From Thermodesulfobacteriota bacterium (GTDB lineage: Bacteria > Desulfobacterota_D > UBA1144 > Nemesobacterales > Nemesobacteraceae): DNA of 64,000 nt. The notes below the pieces were generated by a model. That model was not told where the DNA came from and did not search any database. It saw nothing but the letters and a program-made list of their open reading frames with translations. The stretch covers positions 864,001-928,000 of the forward strand of contig OZ241855.1 of NCBI GenBank assembly GCA_965202785.1. The letters run 5' to 3'. Shown here in pieces: positions 10,096 through 19,713 of the stretch; the stretch's first letter is position 1; each line of letters starts with the position of its first letter. The translations under genes and the position numbers were made by a program.

Positions 10096-10269
10096 ATGGC
10101 TAATAGAAGAAATGATAAGAAAGTAAGAGATCTTGTCGAGATGATGCAAGATCCCGAAGGTTCCGGCTACATCGGAAGCGACTGCGACACCATGGAACTT
10201 TACGAGCAGGAACTTGAGGAGATGGAGGGGGCCGACAGCTTTTACGACGGGGAACTTGATTTCAACTGA
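10096..10269 (+). CDS. small acidic hypothetical protein (57 aa)
   Basis: ATG at 10096 after GGGGGG RBS; MANRRNDKKVRDLVEMMQDPEG...DGELDFN; overlaps the mnmG 3' end convergently. Confidence 0.55.
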   Translation: MANRRNDKKVRDLVEMMQDPEGSGYIGSDCDTMELYEQELEEMEGADSFYDGELDFN

Positions 10270-12158
10270 GCTTCCTGCTCAAGCCCCCGCGTTTTCCTGA
10301 TATGAACAAGCAGTACTGATATAGCGGCGGGAGTTATGCCCGAAACCCGACTTGCCTGCCCTACGGATTCGGGTTTTACTCTTGAGAGTTTCTGAACAAT
10401 TTCGTTTGAAAGTCCCGGAATGTTTTTGTACTCAAAGGTTTCCGGGATTTTCATATTCTCGAATTTCTGCAATTTCCCGACTTCTTCTCTCTGCCTTTTT
10501 ATGTAACCTTCGTATTTTACTTCCATCTCTATCTGCCCACCGAGTTTCGGGGAGATGTCCGGATTCGCTGCGGAGTCTATAAAGCCCAGCATTTCATACG
10601 TGAAACCGGGCCTTCTGAGTATCTCTTTTAGACTCTGGGGCTTTTTGATTCTCTGGGAACCGAGATTCTCGAGAATCTTGTTTGTTTTCTCGTTTGGAAC
10701 CACCTTCTCGCTCTCAAGCCTTGCGAGTTCGTTCTCAAGCGCGGTTTTCCTGATGCGAAATTCCTCGATCCGCTCGTCGCTGAGAAGCCCTATGGAGTGT
10801 CCAAGCTCCCCGAGTCTTAAGTCGGCATTGTCCTCCCTCAGTATAAGCCTGTACTCTGCCCTTGAGGTGAACATCCTGTAGGGCTCATCGACTCCTTTTG
10901 TGACCAGGTCATCAATCAGAATTCCTATGTAGGCCTCCGAGCGTCCGAGCACGAAAGGATCTTTCCCCTTTACCCGAAGCGCCGCGTTTATTCCCGCTAT
11001 CAGTCCCTGGCTTGCCGCCTCCTCGTAGCCCGTGGTCCCGTTTACCTGTCCCGCGAAAAATATGTTTTCAAGAAGTTTTGATTCAAGAGTGGCAGCAAGC
11101 TGCGTGGGGTCGAGAAAGTCGTATTCGACTGCGTATCCCGGCCTCATTATTTCCACGTTGCGAAGTCCTTCCATGGTTCTTGAGAACTCGTGCTGAACTT
11201 CAATGGGAAGGCTGGTTGAAATTCCGTTGGGATAGATTTCGTAAGTATTTCTTCCCTCAGGTTCGAGAAATATCTGGTGGCGGTTCCGATCGGGAAACTT
11301 GACTACCTTGTCTTCTATCGAGGGGCAGTACCTTGGTCCTATTCCCTTTATGAGGCCGGAGTAAAGAGGGGACTTGTCGATGTTTTCGTTTATAACGCGG
11401 TGGGTTTCCTCGTTAGTGTAGGTGATGTAGCACGGCATCTGCTCAGTCGTGATTTCTCCGGCGGAAAAGGAAAAGGGTACGGGGTCCTCGTCCCCGTCCT
11501 GCCTCTCAAGCTTGTCCCACTCGATGGTCCTTCCGTCAAAGCGCGGAGGAGTTCCGGTTTTGAGCCTGCCTGTAGTGAAACCCAGCTCCGCGAAGGAATT
11601 CGATATGGCTCCCGCGGCGGCTTCCCCCGCGCGGCCGGACGAAATCCGCGTAAGGCCTATGTGTATGAGTCCACCGGGAAAAGTTCCAGGGGTAACCACG
11701 ACGGTATCTGAAAAAAATCTTTCCCCGAGGGCGGTCTTAACCCCCGCGACTTTCTTGCCGTCAACCAGAAACTCCTCGACCATCGCCTGTTTTATCTCTA
11801 TATTCGCTTCGCTCTCAAGAGCCTTTTTCATGTAGGTTCTGTAGCTCTGGCGGTCGGCCTGTATTCTGGTTGCCTGCACCGCCGCTCCCTTCCGGGTGTT
11901 GAGTCTCCTGAACTGTATGGCCGCGGTGTCTGCGGCTTTCCCCATTTCTCCGCCCAGTGCGTCTATTTCCTTTACAAGGTGACCTTTTCCGACACCCCCT
12001 ATTGAAGGATTGCACGACATAAGTCCGATTGTGTCTATGTTCGCCGTGAGAACCAGGGTCGTACAGCCCATCCTTGCCGCGGCGAGTGCCGCCTCGCAGC
12101 CCGCATGGCCGGCTCCGATCACTATCACTTCGTATTTTTTTGAACTTATAAGAGACAT
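10242..12158 (-). CDS. mnmG: tRNA uridine-5-carboxymethylaminomethyl(34) synthesis enzyme MnmG (GidA)
   Basis: GAGHAGCEAA, MSCNPSIGG, GPRYCPSIEDK, EPYRMFTSRAEYRL. Confidence 0.98.
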   Translation of the reverse strand: MSLISSKKYEVIVIGAGHAGCEAALAAARMGCTTLVLTANIDTIGLMSCNPSIGGVGKGHLVKEIDALGGEMGKAADTAAIQFRRLNTRKGAAVQATRIQADRQSYRTYMKKALESEANIEIKQAMVEEFLVDGKKVAGVKTALGERFFSDTVVVTPGTFPGGLIHIGLTRISSGRAGEAAAGAISNSFAELGFTTGRLKTGTPPRFDGRTIEWDKLERQDGDEDPVPFSFSAGEITTEQMPCYITYTNEETHRVINENIDKSPLYSGLIKGIGPRYCPSIEDKVVKFPDRNRHQIFLEPEGRNTYEIYPNGISTSLPIEVQHEFSRTMEGLRNVEIMRPGYAVEYDFLDPTQLAATLESKLLENIFFAGQVNGTTGYEEAASQGLIAGINAALRVKGKDPFVLGRSEAYIGILIDDLVTKGVDEPYRMFTSRAEYRLILREDNADLRLGELGHSIGLLSDERIEEFRIRKTALENELARLESEKVVPNEKTNKILENLGSQRIKKPQSLKEILRRPGFTYEMLGFIDSAANPDISPKLGGQIEMEVKYEGYIKRQREEVGKLQKFENMKIPETFEYKNIPGLSNEIVQKLSRVKPESVGQASRVSGITPAAISVLLVHIRKTRGLEQEAQLKSSSPS

Positions 12159-12284
12159 TTTTCTAAATCACCTGAGTGATTTCCAACGCCAATTATAACC
12201 GCCAAACCTCGACGGATAAACGGGGAAAAGCCTTTGGAACTTTTTTCCTAGAACCTCTTCAGGACTTTAACCGAGAGGTGACTA

Positions 12285-12992
12285 TTAGCTACAAAACTGC
12301 GAGAAGATGCTTTCAATTTTTTCTTCGCTCGCTTCACGTGTAAACAGTGTGAATCTGGATAAGTGCGGGAGCCTTAAAAGTTTGGTTTGGGCCTTATCGC
12401 CGAACTCGATAATATCTGCTGTGTAGTCACCCCAACCTGTTTGCAGCTTGTACGATTTTCTCTCGGGCAACTTATAGACGTTTTCAATTATTTTTCTGAT
12501 GCGTTCTCTAGTTTCTGTATTAATACACACAAATAGCCTCGGCTGAACAGATGTGAGTATTTCCGACCATATTTTCTCTCCGAAATCAAATGCCTCTTTC
12601 TTGTTTTCTAGGTTCTCTAGATTTGGAGACCTGAAAGGTACAAAGTGTCCGGATAAAGTGGATTCTATAAGTTCGCGTTTGTTACCAGGATAATTTATTT
12701 TTTTGTGGATTTTTCCAAACATTTTTTGAATTTGTATTTGTAGCTTGCTCTCCCCTGGCTTCTTGCCGCCCCAGCTTTCATCTAAGTAGGGACTGCCTTC
12801 CTCGCAACTGGGGGAGGGGTGGTCGTGGCGTATTCTGCTCCCGCCTGGATTCAATGTAATAAAGGCTATCTCAGGATTGTCTTTCAAGACGGACTTTGAG
12901 CAAGTCAAGAATCTCCAACCAAGTTCATAGCTATGTTCTTGATAGAAGTTCTTTATTTGTTCTACTGTGTCTTGGAAAATATCCTTCGACAT
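12285..12992 (-). CDS. divergent uracil-DNA glycosylase-superfamily protein
   Basis: UDG-fold-like motifs in the expected order: FITLNPGG, FVPFRSP, QPRLFVCI, LPHLSRF; visibly AT-rich. Confidence 0.6.
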   Translation of the reverse strand: MSKDIFQDTVEQIKNFYQEHSYELGWRFLTCSKSVLKDNPEIAFITLNPGGSRIRHDHPSPSCEEGSPYLDESWGGKKPGESKLQIQIQKMFGKIHKKINYPGNKRELIESTLSGHFVPFRSPNLENLENKKEAFDFGEKIWSEILTSVQPRLFVCINTETRERIRKIIENVYKLPERKSYKLQTGWGDYTADIIEFGDKAQTKLLRLPHLSRFTLFTREASEEKIESIFSQFCS

Positions 12993-13117
12993 TTTGCTTG
13001 GATATTATACACAGCTAGGGTGTTCGTGGGATAAAACTTAGGATATTTCAATGGAAATTGTGCTTCTTTTGCGCTTTAAAATTGACCGAACTATGCGAAA
13101 TTGTTAAAATTTTGAAA

Positions 13118-14221
13118 ATGATTTCTTCTCAATTCTCAGAATTTGTATCTTCAGTTAAAGACAAACTTGGGAAAAATGTCTACGAGAACGAGGCTACGGT
13201 CAGCATGATGATAGTTCTGCCCGTTCTTAAGCATTTGGGCTGGCCAGCGGACAACCCTTCGTATGTATGCCCCGAGTATCGGCTCCAAGGGCGTAAGGTT
13301 GATTACGGTCTCAAGATATCCGAGGGCAAGGAAGAGGGTTTGCGATGCATAATAGAGGTTAAGGCCGTAGGAAATATAGTGGAAGCAGACCGCCAGCTTT
13401 TTGAGTATGCGTTTCACGCTGGCACGCCTCTGGCAATTCTTACTGACGGAAAACTGTGGAGATTCTATCTGCCCCTTGCCGCCGGGAAATATAAGGAAAG
13501 GCTTGTACGCACTCTTGATTTCGAGGAACACTCAATTGAGGAATTGGGTGAGGGGTTAGTGCGTTATGTTTCCTTTGATAATACGCGTTCGGGGCAGGCC
13601 AAGAAAAACGCGGAGAACGACCTTGATAAACGTATTGCCAAAGATGAGGCGAAGAAAAACATTTCAACTGCTTGGGAGAATCTGCTGGGTGGAGCTTCCG
13701 ATAAGCTCGTTAATCTTTTGATTGAGGAAACATCGCTGATTTCATCCGCTCCAGAGAGATCGGACGTGGAGAAGTTTTTGAAGAATTTCAGAAACGCTGA
13801 ACGAAGACAAGAGACTCCTCCCGAGATAAAACCGCGCAAGAAAAAGAAACACTGGTCTGAGGATCCTGCGGAGAGGAAGAAGAAAAACAAGAAACCTTCT
13901 TTTTTCCTTTTGGGCCGAGAGTACAGGGATGAAAAAAACGTAACTTCCGCATTCGTGAAAATCTTTGAAATTCTTGCCGAGCGGGATGGAACCTTCCTAG
14001 CGCGCTTAGCTCCAGAACTTGCGGGCAGGAAAAACAAACGCCTATCTCGAAATCTCACGGACCTGGGAGATATTGGCAGTAAAGTGGCCAAGCGATTCCC
14101 CGGGGGGTGGTGGTTAAGCACCCATTCGTCAACTGATGGGAAAATCTCTATTTTGCGAAAAGTCTGCAAAGTCGCAGAAATTCCTTTCGGGAAACCCGGT
14201 GGACTTAAAGTCGATTTTTGA
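13118..14221 (+). CDS. HsdR_N-type PD-(D/E)XK nuclease fused to a SeqA-like C-terminal domain
   Basis: NEATV...VLPVLKHLGW, PEY...KVDYGL...IIEVKA, QLFEYA, ILTDGKLWRFY; C-terminus aligns by eye with E. coli SeqA-C; start taken at ATG 13118 (the track extends to TTG 13058). Confidence 0.75.
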   Translation: MISSQFSEFVSSVKDKLGKNVYENEATVSMMIVLPVLKHLGWPADNPSYVCPEYRLQGRKVDYGLKISEGKEEGLRCIIEVKAVGNIVEADRQLFEYAFHAGTPLAILTDGKLWRFYLPLAAGKYKERLVRTLDFEEHSIEELGEGLVRYVSFDNTRSGQAKKNAENDLDKRIAKDEAKKNISTAWENLLGGASDKLVNLLIEETSLISSAPERSDVEKFLKNFRNAERRQETPPEIKPRKKKKHWSEDPAERKKKNKKPSFFLLGREYRDEKNVTSAFVKIFEILAERDGTFLARLAPELAGRKNKRLSRNLTDLGDIGSKVAKRFPGGWWLSTHSSTDGKISILRKVCKVAEIPFGKPGGLKVDF

Positions 14222-14363
14222 CCTGAGTCGCCAAGCAAATTCCTCAACCTAACGCTAGCCTCCCCGTTTTGTTGAATTTGCTGGTGCTAGTATTATATTT
14301 TCCTGTATAGCATAAACTTGGTTTTCAAAAGAAACGGAAATATTTCGGAGGCATTTATAGAAA

Positions 14364-15227
14364 ATGAATACTCTTAAAAGTCTTTTTCTGCTCGCTTTTC
14401 TCTCTGCCATTCTGGTTTGGGTAGGGGGCATGATAGGGGGCAAAAATGGTGCTTTGATAGCACTTGTTCTCGCGGGAGTTATGAATTTCGTGAGCTACTG
14501 GTGGAGCGACAAGATCGTTCTCAAGATGTACAAAGCAAGCGAGGTCGGAAGGGACAACGCGCCTGACCTCTACTCCGATGTCGAGGAACTTGCCCAGATA
14601 GCGGGACTTCCAATGCCTCGTGTCTACATAATCCCCGAACAGGCCCCGAATGCCTTTGCCACGGGCCGGGACCCTCACCACTCAGCCGTTGCGGTTACTC
14701 AGGGAATCATGCGTCTTTTGAACAGGAACGAACTTAAAGGCGTAATTGCTCATGAGCTTGCCCATATAAAAAACAGAGACATCCTGATCGGTTCCGTGGC
14801 GGCGACAATCGCCGGCGCTATCACCTATCTTGCCTACATGGCGCAGTTTGCAGCCATTTTCGGAGGAGGGGGAGGAGACAGAAGAGGCGGAGGGATGCTG
14901 GGACTTCTGGCTATGGCCATTATCGCCCCGATGGCGGCAATGATCGTGAGGATGGCCATATCGAGGACCAGAGAATTCGGAGCGGACAAGACCGGGGCCG
15001 AGATATGCGGAAATCCGCTCTATCTTGCCGGCGCGCTCAGGAAGCTGCAGGCGGGAGCCTCGAGAGTTCCACTGCAGGTAAGCGAGCAGGCGGCTGAGAG
15101 CACGGCTCATATGATGATAGTGAGCCCGATGATCGGGGGAGGTTTCGCAAAGCTTTTCAGCACCCATCCTCCTACGGAAGAGAGAGTCGCACGGCTTGAA
15201 GCGATGGTCGGCGGTGCTTCCCTTTAA
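14364..15227 (+). CDS. htpX: zinc metalloprotease HtpX (M48)
   Basis: [35 protein letters not shown]. Confidence 0.96.
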   Translation: MNTLKSLFLLAFLSAILVWVGGMIGGKNGALIALVLAGVMNFVSYWWSDKIVLKMYKASEVGRDNAPDLYSDVEELAQIAGLPMPRVYIIPEQAPNAFATGRDPHHSAVAVTQGIMRLLNRNELKGVIAHELAHIKNRDILIGSVAATIAGAITYLAYMAQFAAIFGGGGGDRRGGGMLGLLAMAIIAPMAAMIVRMAISRTREFGADKTGAEICGNPLYLAGALRKLQAGASRVPLQVSEQAAESTAHMMIVSPMIGGGFAKLFSTHPPTEERVARLEAMVGGASL

Positions 15228-15259
15228 ACCGGAAGAGAAGACTCTTTGAAAAGGAGCAC

Positions 15260-15976
15260 ATGAAGGCACGACCGCTTATCGGCATAACGACTGACCTTGA
15301 GGACAAATCAAACTTTATAGAATCCGCCTATTCGAAGGCGGTTGAATTCTACGGTGGCGCCCCGGTTCTTATTCCCACGGTTGCCGAAGCTTCAAACTCG
15401 GATTTTCTGTTCAATATAATCTCCGCAGTCAATGGGCTTTTGATACCGGGTTCCAGGGACATGGACCCGAAGTTCTACGGTGAATCCCCGCATCCTGCCA
15501 TAAACCCCATGAGTCCCGAGAGAACGGAAACGGAATTCAGCGTTCTTGGCCTTGCTCTCGAAAAAGACATACCGGTTTTGGGGATATGCGGAGGCATGCA
15601 GTTCATAAATGTTTTCCGCGGAGGTTCGATACACCAGGACATAAAAGCGCTTCTGCCCGACGCGCTTTGTCACGAAGGGGGCGAGGTTCACGATGTCACG
15701 GTTCTTCCAGACACGGTATTCGGCGGTTTCACGGAAGAAAAGGAATTCGAGATAAAGAGCTACCACCATCAGGCAATAAACAGGGTTGGAGAGGATCTTA
15801 GGGTAAACGCCTTGGCCCCGGACGGAATAGTGGAGGGGTTTGAGTCGGCCGACGGCCGTATCATGGGTTTTCAGTGGCATCCCGAGCTTGAGCGGACCCG
15901 CCTGTCCGAACTGATTTTCACCCGGTTCCTCTCCGAGGCAGCACGGACGGCGGACGGCTCCCCTAGTATCGGGTAA
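15260..15976 (+). CDS. peptidase C26 / gamma-glutamyl-gamma-aminobutyrate hydrolase family (class I glutamine amidotransferase)
   Basis: PVLGICGGMQ, SYHHQAI, GFQWHPE. Confidence 0.9.
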   Translation: MKARPLIGITTDLEDKSNFIESAYSKAVEFYGGAPVLIPTVAEASNSDFLFNIISAVNGLLIPGSRDMDPKFYGESPHPAINPMSPERTETEFSVLGLALEKDIPVLGICGGMQFINVFRGGSIHQDIKALLPDALCHEGGEVHDVTVLPDTVFGGFTEEKEFEIKSYHHQAINRVGEDLRVNALAPDGIVEGFESADGRIMGFQWHPELERTRLSELIFTRFLSEAARTADGSPSIG

Positions 15977-16012
15977 TTTTATCTGCGTATTTTCCCCCGG
16001 GGAGCCTTCAAA

Positions 16013-18835
16013 TTGAAGTTCATTAGCATAATAGGTGCGCGGGAGCACAATCTCAAGAACATAGACGTCAAGATACCGAGGCGCAGCTTCACTGTTGTCA
16101 CGGGAGTGAGTGGTTCGGGGAAATCTTCTCTGGTTTTCGACATACTTTTTGCCGAGGCGCAGAGAAGATTCATGGAGTCGCTCTCCTCCTACGCCAGGCA
16201 GTTTGTCGAGAAGCTTGACAAGCCGGATGTCGATTTCGTCGAAGGCCTTTCTCCGTCTGTTTCGGTTGATCAGAAGACCTTTCACAGAAACCCACGCTCG
16301 ACCGTCGGGACCATAACGGAGATATATGACTACATGCGCGTGCTTTTCTCCGTGGTCGGAGAGCCGCACTGCTATGAGTGCGGCGAGGAAATATCCTCCC
16401 AGACCCCCTCTAGCATGATCGAGAGAATCTGCAAGGAAGCGGGCAGAAAACCCGTGTCCGTATATTCTCCGGTAGTTCAGGGAAGAAAAGGGATATACAG
16501 AAAAGAGCTTGAGGACATGAGGAGGGAGGGTTTCGTCAGGGTTAGAATCGACGGAGAGACCTACGACCTTGAAGACGACATAGAGCTTTCCCGCAACAAA
16601 AAGCACACTATCGAACTTCTGGTGGACAATATCGTTTTGCGCGGGGAGAGTTCGGAAAAAAGACTCTCAGACGCGGTTTCCCTTGCCCTTAAAAGATCGG
16701 GCGGGCTTTTGAAATGCGAGATCGAAGGTGGGAAGATTCTCACTTTCAGCGAACATTTTTCCTGTCCCCGCTGCGCGATAAACTACCCGGAGATATCCCC
16801 TAGGCTTTTCTCCTTTAACAGTCCCTACGGCGCATGCGTGAACTGCCAGGGGCTTGGATTCGAAACGTTTTTCGATCCCGAACTCATAGTGGAAGATCCC
16901 GGTAAGTCCCTTTGCGAAGGAGCGATCAAGCCATTTGAGGATTCAAAATATGTTGCCCGTATACTCGAGGGGCTCTCCGAGCATTACGGGTTTTCACTCG
17001 ACGTCCCGTTTTCCCGACTCTCCTCTCTGCACAGACAAAAAGTACTCTACGGCTCCGGGACGGAGAATATAAGCTTCAGGAAGGCGAGGAGGGGGAGGCA
17101 AAGGGAATACACCGCGACTTTCCCCGGAATCGTCGGCATGCTTACGGAATGGTACTCGCAGACCAATTCTGAAGAGCTTAGGGAAAAACTCTCAAAATAC
17201 ATGAGAACGGTTCCGTGCAGAGAGTGCGACGGATCCAGGCTCAACAAAATCGCCCTTTCCGTGCTTTTCAGGGGAAAGAACATATCGAATCTTGCCGGTA
17301 TGGCGGTTTGCGATCTCATACCTTGTTTCGAGTCGCTTGAGCTTTCCGAGAGGGAGAGAAAGATCGCGGGGGAGATAATAAAAGAGATATCCTCCCGCCT
17401 CGGTTTTCTCGGGGACATAGGGCTTGGCTACGTGAGTCTTGACCGCACGGCTCCGACCCTTTCGGGCGGAGAGGCTCAGAGGGTGAGGCTCGCAACCCAG
17501 GTGGGGTCGAAACTTACGGGAATAACGTACGTGCTCGACGAGCCTTCAATAGGACTTCACCCGAAGGATAACAAAAAGCTCGTTGAGACGCTAAAGAGCA
17601 TAAGGGACATGGGAAACACCGTAATCGTCGTTGAGCATGACGAGGAAACCATAAAAAGCGCAGATTTCGTGCTCGACGTCGGTCCGGGAGCAGGGGAACT
17701 CGGAGGGGAGGTTGTCTGCTCTGGGAGCGTCGGGAGGATCTCCCGGTGTGCCGGTTCGGTTACCGGAAGATATCTTTCGGGCAAAAAGAAGATCCCGGTG
17801 CCCGGCTCAAGACGCTCCTCCGGCACCCGGGTCGGGATTCGGGGGGCTTTCGGGAACAACCTTAGGAAAATTGACGTCGATTTTCCCCTCGGGACGTTCA
17901 TATGCGTCACAGGAGTTTCCGGTTCGGGAAAAAGCACCCTCGTTGTTGACACCCTTTATAACGGCCTGTCAAGGAAGCTTAACCGGAGCAAAAACCGTGC
18001 GGCTCCACACGAAGAAATCATCGGCACCGAAAATCTGGACAAGGTCATCAAGGTTGATCAGAGCCCGATAGGCAGAACCCCCAGATCGAATCCCGCTACC
18101 TACACCGGTGTGCTCACTGAGATAAGAAAAATCTTCTCCATGCTTCCAGAGTCGAAGGTGATGGGATACGGGCCGGGCAGGTTCAGCTTCAATCTTTCCC
18201 AAGGAAGTTGTGCGGGTTGCAGGGGAAGCGGAACTGTCAGGATCGAGATGCACTTTCTTCCCGATGTTTACGTTACGTGCGAGGTGTGCGGAGGAAGGAG
18301 GTACAATGACGAGACCTTGGCGATCAAGTACAAGGGAAGGAACATATCGGACGTTCTTGAGATGAATATAAAAGAGGCGGCGGATTTTTTTGAGAACATA
18401 CCAAAGATTTCAGGAAAGCTCAGGGTGCTGAACGACGTCGGCCTCGGTTACGTGAGACTCGGGCAGCGGGTAACTACTCTTTCCGGAGGGGAGGCGCAGC
18501 GCATAAAGCTTGCGAGAGAACTTGGAAAAAAAACCTCTGGAAAAACTCTCTACATACTTGACGAACCGTCGGTCGGGCTTCATTTCGATGATATACAGAA
18601 GCTCGTTTCGGTAATACAAAGACTCGTGGACCTAGGAAACACCGTGGTTGTCATAGAGCATAATCTTGACATCATAAAGTGCGCGGACCATGTGATTGAT
18701 CTCGGTCCTGGGGGCGGAGAGGACGGAGGAGGGCTTGTGGCCTGCGGCACCCCAGAGGAGATATGCGGGGTAAGCGGTTCGCACACGGCTTTTTATCTTA
18801 GAGGTGTTTTAGAAAACGGGATTGCAGGGAGTTAA
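16013..18835 (+). CDS. uvrA: excinuclease ABC subunit A
   Basis: GAREHNLKN, two GVSGSGKS P-loops, two LSGGEAQR, zinc fingers. Confidence 0.98.
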   Translation: MKFISIIGAREHNLKNIDVKIPRRSFTVVTGVSGSGKSSLVFDILFAEAQRRFMESLSSYARQFVEKLDKPDVDFVEGLSPSVSVDQKTFHRNPRSTVGTITEIYDYMRVLFSVVGEPHCYECGEEISSQTPSSMIERICKEAGRKPVSVYSPVVQGRKGIYRKELEDMRREGFVRVRIDGETYDLEDDIELSRNKKHTIELLVDNIVLRGESSEKRLSDAVSLALKRSGGLLKCEIEGGKILTFSEHFSCPRCAINYPEISPRLFSFNSPYGACVNCQGLGFETFFDPELIVEDPGKSLCEGAIKPFEDSKYVARILEGLSEHYGFSLDVPFSRLSSLHRQKVLYGSGTENISFRKARRGRQREYTATFPGIVGMLTEWYSQTNSEELREKLSKYMRTVPCRECDGSRLNKIALSVLFRGKNISNLAGMAVCDLIPCFESLELSERERKIAGEIIKEISSRLGFLGDIGLGYVSLDRTAPTLSGGEAQRVRLATQVGSKLTGITYVLDEPSIGLHPKDNKKLVETLKSIRDMGNTVIVVEHDEETIKSADFVLDVGPGAGELGGEVVCSGSVGRISRCAGSVTGRYLSGKKKIPVPGSRRSSGTRVGIRGAFGNNLRKIDVDFPLGTFICVTGVSGSGKSTLVVDTLYNGLSRKLNRSKNRAAPHEEIIGTENLDKVIKVDQSPIGRTPRSNPATYTGVLTEIRKIFSMLPESKVMGYGPGRFSFNLSQGSCAGCRGSGTVRIEMHFLPDVYVTCEVCGGRRYNDETLAIKYKGRNISDVLEMNIKEAADFFENIPKISGKLRVLNDVGLGYVRLGQRVTTLSGGEAQRIKLARELGKKTSGKTLYILDEPSVGLHFDDIQKLVSVIQRLVDLGNTVVVIEHNLDIIKCADHVIDLGPGGGEDGGGLVACGTPEEICGVSGSHTAFYLRGVLENGIAGS

Positions 18836-18838
18836 AGA

Positions 18839-19642
18839 TTGGAGATAGCGCAGTCGATAGTCCTCGGCCTAATACAGGGGATAACCGAGTTTTTCCCCGT
18901 AAGCAGCACAGCTCACCTGTTTCTGGTTCCGTGGCTTTTTTCCTGGCAGGATCAGGGCCTGCCTTTCACGGTTGCGCTTCACGTAGGGAGCCTCTTTGCG
19001 ATCCTTTACTGCTTCAGGGGAGAGCTTGTGCTTATCATACGGGATTTTTTCTGCGGCTTGAGATCTTTTTCGTTTGATGGGCGCCAACATGGAAAAACTG
19101 GAGTCTATCTTGTGGTCGCTACCCTGCCTGCTGTTGCGGCAGGGTTTTTGTTCGAAGGTTATGTTTCAGGCGTGCTTCGCGACCCTGTTCTGGTTGCCGC
19201 CTTTCTTCTGGGCTTCGGGGTGCTTCTTTACATCTCCGACAGAAAGACGACCGCGAGTAAGACTATTTCCGACATGAACCTTGGCGACGCGCTTTTTTTC
19301 GGTGTGGCTCAGGCTCTTGCGATCCTGCCCGGAGCCTCAAGAGCGGGCGTTACGATTACCGGAGGGCTTTTCAGAAACTACAAAAGAGAAGAAGCCGCGC
19401 GCTTTTCATTTCTTCTGGCCATACCTGTCATAGTTGCGGCCGGGATTTTCGAGATAAGGCATATCGGATACACGGAGATGTTCAGATGGTCTTTCGTTCT
19501 CGGTGTAGCGACCTCTTTTCTGGCGGCTCTTTTTGCCATCCGATTTCTGCTGGGTTACGTGAAGACGAGATCATTCACTCTTTTTGTAGTCTACAGGGTA
19601 ATTCTTTCCATCGTCATAATTACGGTGTATTTGTGGGCGTAG
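18839..19642 (+). CDS. uppP: undecaprenyl-diphosphate phosphatase
   Basis: QGITEFFPVSSTAH, PGASRAGVTI, AARFSFLLAIP. Confidence 0.95.
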   Translation: MEIAQSIVLGLIQGITEFFPVSSTAHLFLVPWLFSWQDQGLPFTVALHVGSLFAILYCFRGELVLIIRDFFCGLRSFSFDGRQHGKTGVYLVVATLPAVAAGFLFEGYVSGVLRDPVLVAAFLLGFGVLLYISDRKTTASKTISDMNLGDALFFGVAQALAILPGASRAGVTITGGLFRNYKREEAARFSFLLAIPVIVAAGIFEIRHIGYTEMFRWSFVLGVATSFLAALFAIRFLLGYVKTRSFTLFVVYRVILSIVIITVYLWA

Positions 19643-19713
19643 AAGACATTGTCTTCATGAGTCCGTCGGAGCGATAATTTTTTAAAAGGCTTCGATTAAA
19701 GCAACTCGGGGTT

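Noticed and set aside
13564-14247. 227-aa minus-strand ORF
   Set aside because: Antisense to the nuclease-SeqA gene; its Phe/Ser runs mirror the Lys/Glu codons of the real gene
14231-14285. Imperfect stem AGCAAATTC...GAATTTGCT upstream of htpX, considered as CIRCE or attC
   Set aside because: Does not match TTAGCACTC-N9-GAGTGCTAA or attC R-box geometry; at most a weak hairpin
15392-16606. 404-aa minus-strand ORF
   Set aside because: Antisense shadow of the peptidase C26 gene and uvrA; no motifs. The same applies to the many shorter ORFs opposite leuS, mnmG, GH65 and argG
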